NCBI GenBank assembly: GCA_963703285.1
Contig: OY969807.1
Location: 1,056,001-1,120,000 of the forward strand
Length of the DNA stretch: 64,000 nt
Source of the DNA: an uncultured Nitrososphaerota archaeon
GTDB taxonomy: Archaea; Thermoproteota; Nitrososphaeria; Nitrososphaerales; Gagatemarchaeaceae
Direction: 5' to 3'
The translations under genes were made by a program, and so were the position numbers. Below the pieces are notes generated by a model. The model was not told the DNA's origin, ran no database searches, and saw nothing but the letters and a program-made list of their open reading frames with translations. Positions 48,080 through 57,407 of the stretch are shown here, piece by piece (the stretch's first letter is position 1; each line of letters starts with the position of its first letter).

Positions 48080-48254
48080 CACATTGCCGGGTGAAATCAC
48101 TCGAGCAAGAATCCTCCTTTTGCTGCGGTGATAATCAGAAGGAGGAGTGAGGTGCACGGCATCTACGGCTACGCTACCGCCGCCTTTCGAACGCGCCCCC
48201 TCTGGTCGACAGGTCAGGAGGGATCGAGGCCTCGCGAACTGCTTCTCCGGATCG

Positions 48255-49757
48255 TCACGTCGACGGCGCCATCCCCATGACCTGCTCCGTGCGCGCAGGG
48301 GCCTTTCGGAAGGTGTAGTTCCTTACGAAGAGGCTCATGATGCCTATCCCAACCATCAGGGCGATGGCTATCCAGAAGATGAGGTTGAACGCGTAGGAGC
48401 TGGGTAGCTCTCCCACCGTGACGGGAACCCCTCCGACGGGTACGATTAGTGGGGTCGTATATGTGGTCATGATGGTCGTGGCTAGGACGGGACCTATCGC
48501 ACCTCCCACGTTCCTAAGCATGGTGTTCATCCCAAGCCCGACCGCCACGTTCTCCCGTGGAACCGAGATGGAAATCATGTTCACAATCGGAATCATTATG
48601 GAGACCATGCCGATGAACGAGACGGTGGCGTCCTCCGTGAGGTCGGTGGTGGTCCCACGGTGCCCAAGGAAGAGAGCGACGCCGAGGGCCGTGACCACTG
48701 CGCCGAAGAGCAACATCGGCTTCGGGCCTATCCTGGTCATCGTCCTCCCCAGTATCGGCCCGACGACCAGCATGACGAGCGTCGCAGGAGCGAGCACGAG
48801 GCCTGCCGATACAATGTCCAGTCCGAGGCCGAAGGGCGTGGGCAGTTCGGCGTAGTAGATGACTGCGAAGAAGAGCAAGAACATAGCCATGCCAGAGGCC
48901 ACTCCGACGATGTTGGAGATGAAGACGTCGCGGATTTTGAGAAGGCTCATTTGGATGAGAGGGTGCGACCTCTTGGACTCGTATACGAAGAAGAACGCCG
49001 TCAGGATGGCGCCAGGGACGAACATTACCATCTCCTCGAGAGAGTACCATCCGAGCGTCGGCCCCTCGGTAAGATAGACAAGCAACAGCGTAATTCCCGC
49101 GATAAGAATCGCAGCCCCGGTGTAGTCCACGCGCGACTTCTGCGCCGGATTGTCCCTCTTGATCACCCTGGCGACCGCAGCAAAGAGGATGAGGCTGAGG
49201 ACGAAAGCAGTGTGGAACGCCCACTGCCATCCCAAATCCTGGACGATATACGAACCAATTATCAACCCAGCGGAGGCGCCTATGGCGAACGTCCCGCTGA
49301 TAACACCCTGAGCCGTCGCGACCCGCTCCTTCGGAAATACGTCTGTGATAATAGCGATGGCTAGCGGCATTATTGCGAAACCGACGCCTTGCACTGCCCT
49401 CGCGACTATCAGGAAGTAGATGTTGGGAGCGAAGCCTGCTATCCCGACTCCTGCGATGTAGAATGTCATGGCCGTGAGGAACATCCTTTTCTTTCCGTGT
49501 GTGTCGCCGAGCTTCCCGAATAGCGGCGCGACGGCGCTGCCAACAATGAGAAGCGCCGATGTGACCCATGACGTCACGCTCGACGTGGTCGAAAAGTCCT
49601 TCTGGATTGTCGGCAGGCCAGGTATGACCATCGTCTCCACGTAAGTGACAATAAGGGCGACGCTCGTCAGCGTAATCAGCACCCTCGTTGCGTGACGCCT
49701 CTCCTCGATCACTGCGGCGTCGATGACGGGGATTCCGTTTCCGATGGCCCGCGCCAT
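48255..49757 (-). CDS. MFS transporter, 14-TM DHA2-like
   Basis: GKLGDTHGKKR motif A, ARAVQGVG and GWQWAF. Confidence 0.92.
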   Translation of the reverse strand: MARAIGNGIPVIDAAVIEERRHATRVLITLTSVALIVTYVETMVIPGLPTIQKDFSTTSSVTSWVTSALLIVGSAVAPLFGKLGDTHGKKRMFLTAMTFYIAGVGIAGFAPNIYFLIVARAVQGVGFAIMPLAIAIITDVFPKERVATAQGVISGTFAIGASAGLIIGSYIVQDLGWQWAFHTAFVLSLILFAAVARVIKRDNPAQKSRVDYTGAAILIAGITLLLVYLTEGPTLGWYSLEEMVMFVPGAILTAFFFVYESKRSHPLIQMSLLKIRDVFISNIVGVASGMAMFLLFFAVIYYAELPTPFGLGLDIVSAGLVLAPATLVMLVVGPILGRTMTRIGPKPMLLFGAVVTALGVALFLGHRGTTTDLTEDATVSFIGMVSIMIPIVNMISISVPRENVAVGLGMNTMLRNVGGAIGPVLATTIMTTYTTPLIVPVGGVPVTVGELPSSYAFNLIFWIAIALMVGIGIMSLFVRNYTFRKAPARTEQVMGMAPST

Positions 49758-49955
49758 GAATCGTTGCCCCGACACGCGCCGCAGGTCGAGAGGTATAAAA
49801 TGTTCAGAAGAACGAGAGGTTACAACCCACGCATTAGGATACGAATCGAATGCTGGGTTACCCCTCTCTCGTCACGGATTTGACCCCGCAGCCTCTCATC
49901 ACCCTTGAATCCCTCAGAGCTCTCCGTCGCCCCTAGGCGCCCCTGCGCTGTCGTT

Positions 49956-50867
49956 CTACCCCTCGTACAGGCCGGTCGAGAGGTACCTCTCGCCGCCATC
50001 GGGAAGCACAGCGACGATGGTTCTACCGCTCCCGATCTCCTTAGCTTTGCTCAGCGCGACGTAGAGAATCGCCCCCGAGCTCATCCCGACGAGAAGGCCC
50101 TCCCTGCTTGCGGCCTCCCGAGCGACCTTGAAAGTGGCTTCCTTCTCCTCTTTCCCTATCTCCACGACTTCGTTGAACCACTCCCGCCTGAACAACTGCG
50201 TGGGGAAGGGCTCCGCCGGGTTTCTGAGCCCCTGGATACTGACCCCGAGCTGGGGCGTGACGCCGATTATCTTCACGTCGGGCTTCTGTTCCCTTATGCG
50301 CATGGAAATCCCGACCCCCGTCCCCGCCGTTCCGACGCCCACCACAACCGAGTCGAGCCGTCCTTGGGTCTGTTCGAGTATCTCCCTGCCCGTGGTCAGG
50401 TAGTGGCCCAGGATGTTCGCCGGGTCGCTGAACTGATCTATGTCGATGTACCTCTCCGGGCTCTCCCTCAGGAGCTCCTGTTTGCGCTCTATTGCTCCTG
50501 CGGTCCCCTTCGCGCCCGGCGTAAGGACGAGTTCGGCCCCGTAGGCCCTGATTATCTTCCTCCTCTCTACGCTCACCGATTCCGGCATGACGAGAGACAC
50601 CTTGTACCCCTTGGCCGCGGCTATCATCGCGAGAGCTATCCCCGTGTTTCCTGATGTGGCCTCGAGAATCACCCTGTCCCCCGTCAGCCTTCCGGCTGTC
50701 TTCGCATACTCGAGGATGTAGAGTCCCAGCCTGTCCTTGACGGACCCCCCGATGTTGAACCACTCTAATTTCGCATATATCGTCGCGTCTTCCGGACCTG
50801 TCAGCCTGTTTATCCGGACCATTGGAGTGTCTCCTATCAATTCGGTGATGTCGTTCGCGATTTTCAC
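49956..50867 (-). CDS. Cysteine synthase family PLP enzyme
   Basis: IGDTP, AKLE..N.GGSVKDR, EATSGNTG, GVGTAGT and PDGGERYLST. Confidence 0.93.
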   Translation of the reverse strand: MKIANDITELIGDTPMVRINRLTGPEDATIYAKLEWFNIGGSVKDRLGLYILEYAKTAGRLTGDRVILEATSGNTGIALAMIAAAKGYKVSLVMPESVSVERRKIIRAYGAELVLTPGAKGTAGAIERKQELLRESPERYIDIDQFSDPANILGHYLTTGREILEQTQGRLDSVVVGVGTAGTGVGISMRIREQKPDVKIIGVTPQLGVSIQGLRNPAEPFPTQLFRREWFNEVVEIGKEEKEATFKVAREAASREGLLVGMSSGAILYVALSKAKEIGSGRTIVAVLPDGGERYLSTGLYEG

Positions 50868-51066
50868 GCTGCCCCCCGGAGATCCGACGATTACTTTGGT
50901 TAATAATCTTGCATGTTATAATAGGAATAACGGAATACGCAAGAGAGCGGCATGGCGCGCAGGCGTCACCAGATCTCTGCAGACAGACTCAGGAGTGCAA
51001 TCGCCGAGCGCCCCGGCTTGCGATGCACCATCATATTCATAAGTTGGAGCAGACGCCGGGAGAGTT

Positions 51067-51522
51067 ATGGGCTCGTTCAAGGGCATCCTTGTGGCGGTCG
51101 ACGGCTCACCCAACTCCATGAGGGCCGCGGAAGCTGCGATCGACCTCGCGGTCAGGGAGGGCGCGCATCTGTACGTGCTCAGCGTGATCCCCACACCGGT
51201 CTACGCTGCCACGGGCGCTCCGGGCGCGGTCGGATCTGGGTCGGCCTCGGCAGAGTTCTTCGACAGGGCGAAGAAGGACGCGGAGGGCATCATCGGCGGA
51301 ATCGTATCCAAGGGCGAGGCTCAGGGGATCAAGGTCCGCGGCGAGATAACCGAGAACGTGCCCTCTGTGGTCGAGGCGATATCGGACTACGCCCAGGAAT
51401 GGAGGGTCGACCTCATCGTCGTCGGGACCCGCGGGCTGAGCGGGTTCAAGAAGTTGCTCCTCGGAAGCGTCTCCGGGGCGCTCGTCTCTCACGCCCCCTG
51501 CAGCGTGCTAGTGATCAGGTAG
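51067..51522 (+). CDS. Universal stress protein
   Basis: ILVAVDGS, DLIVVGTRG and LLGSVS..HAPCSVLVIR. Confidence 0.93.
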   Translation: MGSFKGILVAVDGSPNSMRAAEAAIDLAVREGAHLYVLSVIPTPVYAATGAPGAVGSGSASAEFFDRAKKDAEGIIGGIVSKGEAQGIKVRGEITENVPSVVEAISDYAQEWRVDLIVVGTRGLSGFKKLLLGSVSGALVSHAPCSVLVIR

Positions 51523-51988
51523 TCTTCGGGGTCTCTTGCACGGCCTTCAGCGCGCCCAGAGCCTCCCTGATGTGTTTGGTCGGCCTCAGCTGAGAGGAGA
51601 ACACGTGACGGATCACTCCCTCCTTGTCTATGACGAAGGTCACGCGGCCGGAGAGGCCGAAGGTGGAAGAGACGCCGTAGAGCTCGCGCACGTGCTTGCT
51701 GGCGTCGCTTAGCAGGTTGAATGGAAGACTGCAGTGCTCCGAGAAGCGCTTGTGGGTCTCCACGCTGTCTGAGCTCACGCCGATGACCTCGGTCTGGCTG
51801 TCGTTGAATTCCTGGTAGCTCTCCCTGAACGCCCGCGCCTCCGCGGTGCACCCCGAGGTGAAGTCCTTGGGGTAGAAGTAGAGCACGACGTTCTTCTTAC
51901 CGATGTAGTCGCTCAGTTTGACGACGTCGCCGCTCTGGGATTGAAGCGAAAATTCTGGTGCCCGGTCACCCGCCCGTAACTCTGGCAT
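51515..51988 (-). CDS. bcp: Peroxiredoxin, BCP/PrxQ type
   Basis: LYFYPKDFTSGCTAEA and RVTFVIDKEG. Confidence 0.92.
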   Translation of the reverse strand: MPELRAGDRAPEFSLQSQSGDVVKLSDYIGKKNVVLYFYPKDFTSGCTAEARAFRESYQEFNDSQTEVIGVSSDSVETHKRFSEHCSLPFNLLSDASKHVRELYGVSSTFGLSGRVTFVIDKEGVIRHVFSSQLRPTKHIREALGALKAVQETPKTT

Positions 51989-52050
51989 GCGGAGTTACCG
52001 GGCCTCCCGATATAATTCGTTTTCTCCAAGTCGGGGGGCTACGCTGCGCC

Positions 52051-52383
52051 CTAGATGCCTTCGATCGACTTCTTCAGGGTGAGGGCGCCGTTCTTGATCT
52101 CGAGGTCGTAGATGTCATTCACGTCGAGCCTCAACCCGAACATGTCGTACTCGCTCTCGGTCAGGACCATCGTTATCTTGGGGAAGACCATCTCCCGTAT
52201 CTGGGGGACCAGGCCCATCGACTGCAGCTGGTTGACCATGCTCTGGACCATCCTCCCCTCGTCACCCCCGCCGTAGGCCTGGGCGCCTCTCTGCTTGACC
52301 TCGACGAGCTCAATCTGCTTGGCCGGCATACCTGTGAGAGGTTCGGTTACGCTGCTGATTCTGTTGACTCGGACCTGAACCAT
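52051..52383 (-). CDS. Arcadin-1 homologue
   Basis: PKITMVLTESEYDMFG.RLDVNDIYDLEIKNGALTLK resembles the recalled Pyrobaculum arcadin-1 C-terminal half. Confidence 0.75.
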   Translation of the reverse strand: MVQVRVNRISSVTEPLTGMPAKQIELVEVKQRGAQAYGGGDEGRMVQSMVNQLQSMGLVPQIREMVFPKITMVLTESEYDMFGLRLDVNDIYDLEIKNGALTLKKSIEGI

Positions 52384-52424
52384 GGGGCGATGAGAACCCG
52401 CCGGTATTAAAACAGGTCGAAGCG

Positions 52425-52957
52425 TTACTCGGTATCGTCGTCCTGCTGCTGGGTTCCCTCGGGTTCCACGCCAAGAAGCTCCGCCGCTGTCTCGCCCTCG
52501 TCCGGGAGGGCGTCCTCCTGGCCGGATGCTCCCGGCTCGCTGACGCGCTGTTCCATCGGTTGCTGGATGCCCGCCGCCGCGTTGCTGATAATCTCCTCTA
52601 CCTCCTGCGGCGTGATTATCCTAGCCATCGAGAGGTTGACCAGGCTGTTCGAGCTAGCTTCCCCGTCAGCCTCCCTATCGGTCCCCTCGCCTGCCGCCAC
52701 TTCAGCTTGGTGTTCCCGCTCTTTGAGGTGTAGATGATGCCCAGTATGTCCTGTGCGTTGATGAAGGTGATGTCCCTTATCTTCTTCAGGTCGACCTTGT
52801 CCGCGGCCTCGATGTAGATCGAACCTGGATCCATCTCCTTCTCGGGGAAGACCTCAGGGTCCCTCAGATAAGACTCGGGTATGAAGCTCCGGCAGGTGCT
52901 GTTGATCAGGAACCTCCGGAAGCCCTCAAGATGGCACGTCAAGTCGATCTCCACCAT
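52425..52957 (-). CDS. Conserved archaeal protein, possibly arcadin-2 (frameshift about 52662)
   Basis: GFRRFLINS.CRSFIPE..EVFPE, LGIIYTSKSGNTKLKWR; continues as GEASSNSLVNL if one G is restored in a G4 run. Confidence 0.55.
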
Positions 52958-53151
52958 CCGCGACACCTAGCAACTCGGGAGCGCTTTCCGCCCGTATTTG
53001 AACATAGGGTCGCCGGTCACTTCGCTTAGAAAGGATGATATGCCGGGGCGGCGGTCTTCACGGCAGGCGGGCTGTGACGACATAAGCCCTGGTGAGTTAT
53101 GATCCACGATCTTGAGTTCCGAGCCCGTCATCCAACGAAGGCCGGTTCCGC

Positions 53152-53712
53152 ATGAGGTTCCTCGTCAGGCTCGTTCCCCTGGAGCCCGACCGGGCCGCCT
53201 CCCTCGCCACGTTTAGAAGCATCGCGGCGAACCTGGGAGAGAGGGCGGCAAACCCGAAGTGGACGTCCCGCGGCACGCTCGAGGTCGATGTCTTCGCGCC
53301 CTCGCGCCAGGACTTCCAGCTGTTCTTGGCGGCGGTGGCCCCCCTCGCCAATATCGAGTTCGCGAAGGACCTCCAGGAGGCTCCCCCTTTCCTGACGAAG
53401 GAAGGCGCGGTCAAGGAGGCGGCGGCGCTCTTCAACCAGGAGAGGTTCTGGGAGGCCCACGAGGTTCTCGAGTCGAAGTGGAGGGTAGCGGGCGGCGAGG
53501 AGAAGAGGCTGCTCCAGGGGCTGATTCTCGTCTGCGCGGCGTTCGTGCACCACCAGAAGGACGAGGATGGTGTCGCCCTGGGGATAGCCAAGCGGTCCCT
53601 GCCTCTGCTCGCCTGGCCGGAAAGGGTCTACCTGGGCGTCGACGTGGAGCGGGTCAGGGACAGGATATCCACGATGGTCGAAGCCGGAAGGCTCTCGGTC
53701 TTCGAGCTCTAG
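53152..53712 (+). CDS. DUF309 family protein with N-terminal extension
   Basis: LFNQERFWEAHEVLESKW and LQGLILVCAAFVH. Confidence 0.88.
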   Translation: MRFLVRLVPLEPDRAASLATFRSIAANLGERAANPKWTSRGTLEVDVFAPSRQDFQLFLAAVAPLANIEFAKDLQEAPPFLTKEGAVKEAAALFNQERFWEAHEVLESKWRVAGGEEKRLLQGLILVCAAFVHHQKDEDGVALGIAKRSLPLLAWPERVYLGVDVERVRDRISTMVEAGRLSVFEL

Positions 53713-54086
53713 CCGAACACAGGTAGGTTCAGAGGGTGGTCCTCCTCCGGCACGAACGTCTTCTTCCTGGTCCCAAAGAAGGCGAGGGCGATGGTTGCTG
53801 CCGCCAGCAGGGCTGAGATTGCGAAGTCTGCGCCGGTGTCGGTTCCGAAGACGGCTATCCCGAGGATCTCGATCAGCGAGAAGGCGGCCGGCGCGTAGAG
53901 AGCATCGGGCGGCCCTATGAGGCTCGCCACCGAGGAAATCAAGATCAGGAGCCCGAGCGCCACCAGGGCCGCGTTGGGACCGCCCGGGGCGCCGAAGAAC
54001 TGCGTCCAGTACACCCCGGCGACGGCGGCCCACGCGCCGTTGACGACCCCGACCGCGACCGCGACCGCGACCGTGCTCAGCTTCAA
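53709..54086 (-). CDS. Hypothetical membrane protein
   Basis: 4 TM segments, C-terminal EEDHPLNLPVFG; abuts the upstream gene. Confidence 0.7.
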   Translation of the reverse strand: MKLSTVAVAVAVGVVNGAWAAVAGVYWTQFFGAPGGPNAALVALGLLILISSVASLIGPPDALYAPAAFSLIEILGIAVFGTDTGADFAISALLAAATIALAFFGTRKKTFVPEEDHPLNLPVFG

Positions 54087-54515
54087 CTACTTCAGCATCC
54101 GCAGCTTGTAGAATCCCGCCTCGATGTTGCTGTTGATGTGGTCCTTGACCATGAACAGCCTGTGCACCGAATCGCCGTCGTCCTGCGCGATCGTCCAGTC
54201 TTCCAGGACCACGAACTCGTGTTGGGAGCCGTCCTTGCACGTGTGGGGTATCTTCTTTCCGGGTTCCACTCCCAGGCTCATCATGTAGACCTCTCTGATG
54301 TTCGTGCAGGTGAGGATGGCCCACTGCTCGTTCGGACCTATCTCCTCGAACCCCACGCTCGGGCGGAGCGGCTCGCCGTAGCGCTTGTCGTCGCAGAAGA
54401 GCTTCCGGCAGGACCGGCATCTCCAGACATCGACGGTCCCCTGCAGGTAGTTGTCCCTGTTGACGTTGACCATGCCCACCATTACTATCTCGTGCTCGTG
54501 CGGCTGCTGGCTCAA
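54087..54515 (-). CDS. Hypothetical Cys/His-rich putative metal-binding protein
   Basis: HEHE, CRSC..FC and HTC..H. Confidence 0.75.
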   Translation of the reverse strand: MSQQPHEHEIVMVGMVNVNRDNYLQGTVDVWRCRSCRKLFCDDKRYGEPLRPSVGFEEIGPNEQWAILTCTNIREVYMMSLGVEPGKKIPHTCKDGSQHEFVVLEDWTIAQDDGDSVHRLFMVKDHINSNIEAGFYKLRMLK

Positions 54516-54841
54516 TCTCTGGCTCTCCTAGCTTCATAAGCCGGAATGAGCTCCAAGGTAAGCTTGTCGGCCATCCTGCGCCTCTGCCTCATCTCCGCCG
54601 ATGACCTGTCCGGGAAAGACCTGAACAAGTTCGATATGGCGAGCCTCGGATGCACCGGAAGATAGACCTTGTCGTCTGACGACCTGATCAGCATCCCCCT
54701 GGCCAGGAGGGGACGGGTCTGCTCCTCGCCCGTGCCAATTGAGCCCTCCTTCAACGCCCTGAGATAGGTCTCGGCCTCCGACCGGGCCAGCCCGAGCTCG
54801 CCCGTGAGCCTCAGAAGGATGGATTCCTCGTCCCTAATCAA
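54512..54841 (-). CDS. TrmB N-terminal-like winged-helix protein
   Basis: LGLARSEAETYLRAL...LLARGML...YLPVHPRLAI. Confidence 0.6.
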   Translation of the reverse strand: MIRDEESILLRLTGELGLARSEAETYLRALKEGSIGTGEEQTRPLLARGMLIRSSDDKVYLPVHPRLAISNLFRSFPDRSSAEMRQRRRMADKLTLELIPAYEARRARD

Positions 54842-54851
54842 GCGACGCGTA

Positions 54852-55619
54852 CTATCTCCTCTTGGCCGTCTCGGGCGAGTCCCACAGTATCTGGAAGTAG
54901 TCCTTCGCAAAGCCCGCGAGGCCGATGTGCTCGGCCCAGATTGCGAGCGCCGAGCTCGCGGTCTCCCCGCCCCCCAGGAGCAGCACCACCTGTTTCGAGT
55001 CTGCGATGACGCCCCCGCCATAGAGCATCTTCCGCGTCCTTAGCTCGGCCACGGAGCGGAAGACCCCCTGAGTGACTTCCGGGAGGTCCCCCGAGGCGAG
55101 GATGTCGATCTTCACCCCCCTCTCCTTCAGCGCGGCTAGTATCCCGGCTATCTCCTCGGCGTAGGGTGCGATGACGGTGGGAAGGGCGATGAGCAGCTCG
55201 TTCCTAGTGTCGAGCACCATCGCCCTGAGCCTGGACAGGATCTCCGCCGTCCCTCTCAGGATCCAAATCTCCGGCCTCTCCTGCTCGCTCTTCTTCTCGT
55301 AGATCCCCGTGAGCTCCTTCAGGACGAGCTGCTCCTTCTCCCTCCTCTCGGCGTCCCGCCTCGAGTTCATCTCCTCGAGGGCGGTCGAAGGCGACTTGGC
55401 GGTGTAGATTATGGGCCTGCTCTTCTGCTCCTCTATCCACCCGCTCCCGTGAAGGCCCTCGAGGGCCTCGTAGACCTTGGAGTAGGGGATCCTCGCCGCC
55501 CTGCTGACCTCGCTAGCGGTCATCGCCCCCCTCTCGATGAGAGCGACGTAGGCCTTGACCTGGGTCTTCGTCAGCCCCAGGGCCTCGAGGGCAGAACCGG
55601 CCTTATCGCTGAGGCTCAA
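54852..55619 (-). CDS. TrmB family transcriptional regulator
   Basis: LGLTKTQVKAYVAL..TASEVS..IPYSKVYEAL..RPIIY. Confidence 0.9.
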   Translation of the reverse strand: MSLSDKAGSALEALGLTKTQVKAYVALIERGAMTASEVSRAARIPYSKVYEALEGLHGSGWIEEQKSRPIIYTAKSPSTALEEMNSRRDAERREKEQLVLKELTGIYEKKSEQERPEIWILRGTAEILSRLRAMVLDTRNELLIALPTVIAPYAEEIAGILAALKERGVKIDILASGDLPEVTQGVFRSVAELRTRKMLYGGGVIADSKQVVLLLGGGETASSALAIWAEHIGLAGFAKDYFQILWDSPETAKRR

Positions 55620-55660
55620 CGCGAGCGTCCTGAGTCTTCCTGCGCGCCAATCGCAGAGCG

Positions 55661-56002
55661 CTAGGCGGTGCCCTTGCTCAACCAGAAGACGTTCCCGTCG
55701 GGGTCGTCGAACTTGCTTATCTCGCCCCAGTCCGTCTTCGTGTAGTCCAGGGAGAAGCTCACCCCCTTCTTCTTGAGGGCGGAGACCTCCTTCTCGAGGT
55801 CCTCGACGTAGAAGCCTATGCCGGTGTTCCCCGGTTCGAGCTTGCCCTCGCAGAGGTGTAGCTTCCATGTCGTCCCCTTCCGCCAGACGGTGACCCAGTG
55901 CCCTTCGACCGACGCCTCGAAGCCGAGCTTGGTTTTGTACCACTTCGCTGACTTCTTCGCGTCGGAGACCATCACGGCCACGCTGAAGCTCTTTGAGAAC
56001 AT
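55661..56002 (-). CDS. VOC/glyoxalase family protein
   Basis: VAVMVSD...WY..KLGF, IGFYVEDL and WG...FDDPDGN. Confidence 0.88.
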   Translation of the reverse strand: MFSKSFSVAVMVSDAKKSAKWYKTKLGFEASVEGHWVTVWRKGTTWKLHLCEGKLEPGNTGIGFYVEDLEKEVSALKKKGVSFSLDYTKTDWGEISKFDDPDGNVFWLSKGTA

Positions 56003-56113
56003 GGCGATAGCCGGGAAAGAGCTTCCTTTTCGCTCTTTCTCTTTTGGAGACCGGGAGAGGGCGCCTTCCCGACCGTGGAAGGGCCCTCCCGACCCCGCTA
56101 AACCTTATCTCTG

Positions 56114-56761
56114 ATGGGTGAACCGCACCCCTCCGGTGCTCGCAAGGTGGCCCCGATCTGGACAATACTCGTTATCGGTCCGCCCACATCGGGGAAGAGC
56201 TTCCTCTCCAGGCGGCTGCTGCAGACCGTGAAGGACTCTGTGAGAATCAACCCCGACGAGGTTAGGCTGATGCTGTTCAACGACCTGGTTCCTGCGCACG
56301 ACGAAGACCTGGTCTACAGGGAGCTCACCAGCCTTCGCGACAACTCGCTCTCCTACGGACACTCGGTCATCATCGACGCCACCGCGCCCCGGCACCTCAC
56401 CCGGGAATACCTGCTGAGCGGGAACAACAAGTGCAGGCACCTCATCGTGGCGATGGACGTCGACAAGAAGATACTCGAGGAGAGGGCCCGCAAAGCGAAC
56501 AAACTCGGGCCCCTCAGGGCCTACGAGGCGGTCTGGCAGGAGCCGCATCAGAGCTACCCCCTCTTCAAGTTCAAGAACGACAACAAGGATCAGTTCGAGA
56601 CGAGCTTCTACCTGCTCATGGAGTACATCAACCACGAGTACGCCCAGCACAGCAGCATCATCGGAGCCATCTTCCGCAGGGGAAGGAAGGAAGAGCCGAT
56701 ACCCGATCCGGGCGCGTCGAGGCTCCGGGGTTCCGCGCCGAACCTCGCTTTCGATCCCTAG
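56114..56761 (+). CDS. P-loop kinase (AAA_33-like)
   Basis: GPPTSGKS, INPDEVR and VIIDAT. Confidence 0.8.
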   Translation: MGEPHPSGARKVAPIWTILVIGPPTSGKSFLSRRLLQTVKDSVRINPDEVRLMLFNDLVPAHDEDLVYRELTSLRDNSLSYGHSVIIDATAPRHLTREYLLSGNNKCRHLIVAMDVDKKILEERARKANKLGPLRAYEAVWQEPHQSYPLFKFKNDNKDQFETSFYLLMEYINHEYAQHSSIIGAIFRRGRKEEPIPDPGASRLRGSAPNLAFDP

Positions 56762-57258
56762 AGCGTCGCGCCTGCGACCATGAATATGGTCACGAGGACC
56801 AAGATGGCCAGACCCGCAATCGAGGTGACCCTCAGCCGCTGGGAGGCGGCCATCAGCTCGGGGGGTGGAGGGCCGGGGGTCTTCGTCAGGCCTTCGCTGA
56901 TTGAAATGAGCTTTCGCGCCGTTGGCACCAGTACCGCCATGGCCAACCCTATGGCCACCACTGCTAGGACCGCGCCTATCGAGATGTACAAGCCGAGGGG
57001 GGTGGAGAGGGAGAACTCTGAGAGATCGCCGTTGAAGAGCGCAGCGATCGCTAGGAGGCCGAAGATTACAGTGAGGATGGAGAAAGCCTCGATGTAGCGG
57101 AGGAACTTCGGGAGGACCTTGATGACGAACTCGAGCCTGGTCTGGGGGGAGAGGGTTTGTAGGGACGGCCCGATCACGAGTGCGAACACCATTGCGGCAC
57201 CGAGCCAGCCGATGGCGCCGATTATGTGAACCCACAGGACGACGGTGAACGTTATCAA
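56758..57258 (-). CDS. CopD/DUF2269-like 4-TM membrane protein
   Basis: WVHIIGAIGWLG N-terminal motif; terminal IFMV. Confidence 0.65.
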   Translation of the reverse strand: MITFTVVLWVHIIGAIGWLGAAMVFALVIGPSLQTLSPQTRLEFVIKVLPKFLRYIEAFSILTVIFGLLAIAALFNGDLSEFSLSTPLGLYISIGAVLAVVAIGLAMAVLVPTARKLISISEGLTKTPGPPPPELMAASQRLRVTSIAGLAILVLVTIFMVAGATL

Positions 57259-57407
57259 CCGGGCGGGGAATTCGCGGGTTCCGTTAATATGCGCTCCCCC
57301 CGGAGTGCTGCGACCGCCTCGCTACCGTTGACGGCTGTCGCGGCGTCCTGGGGGAAGTATAAGGCCGCCCGCGAGGCTGACCTCCATTCTTGGAAGGGTG
57401 CGAGGGC

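Noticed and set aside
53030-53100. Possible C/D box sRNA (AGGATGA...GTGACGA...GTGA)
   Set aside because: The boxes are degenerate with no CTGA D box; support is insufficient.
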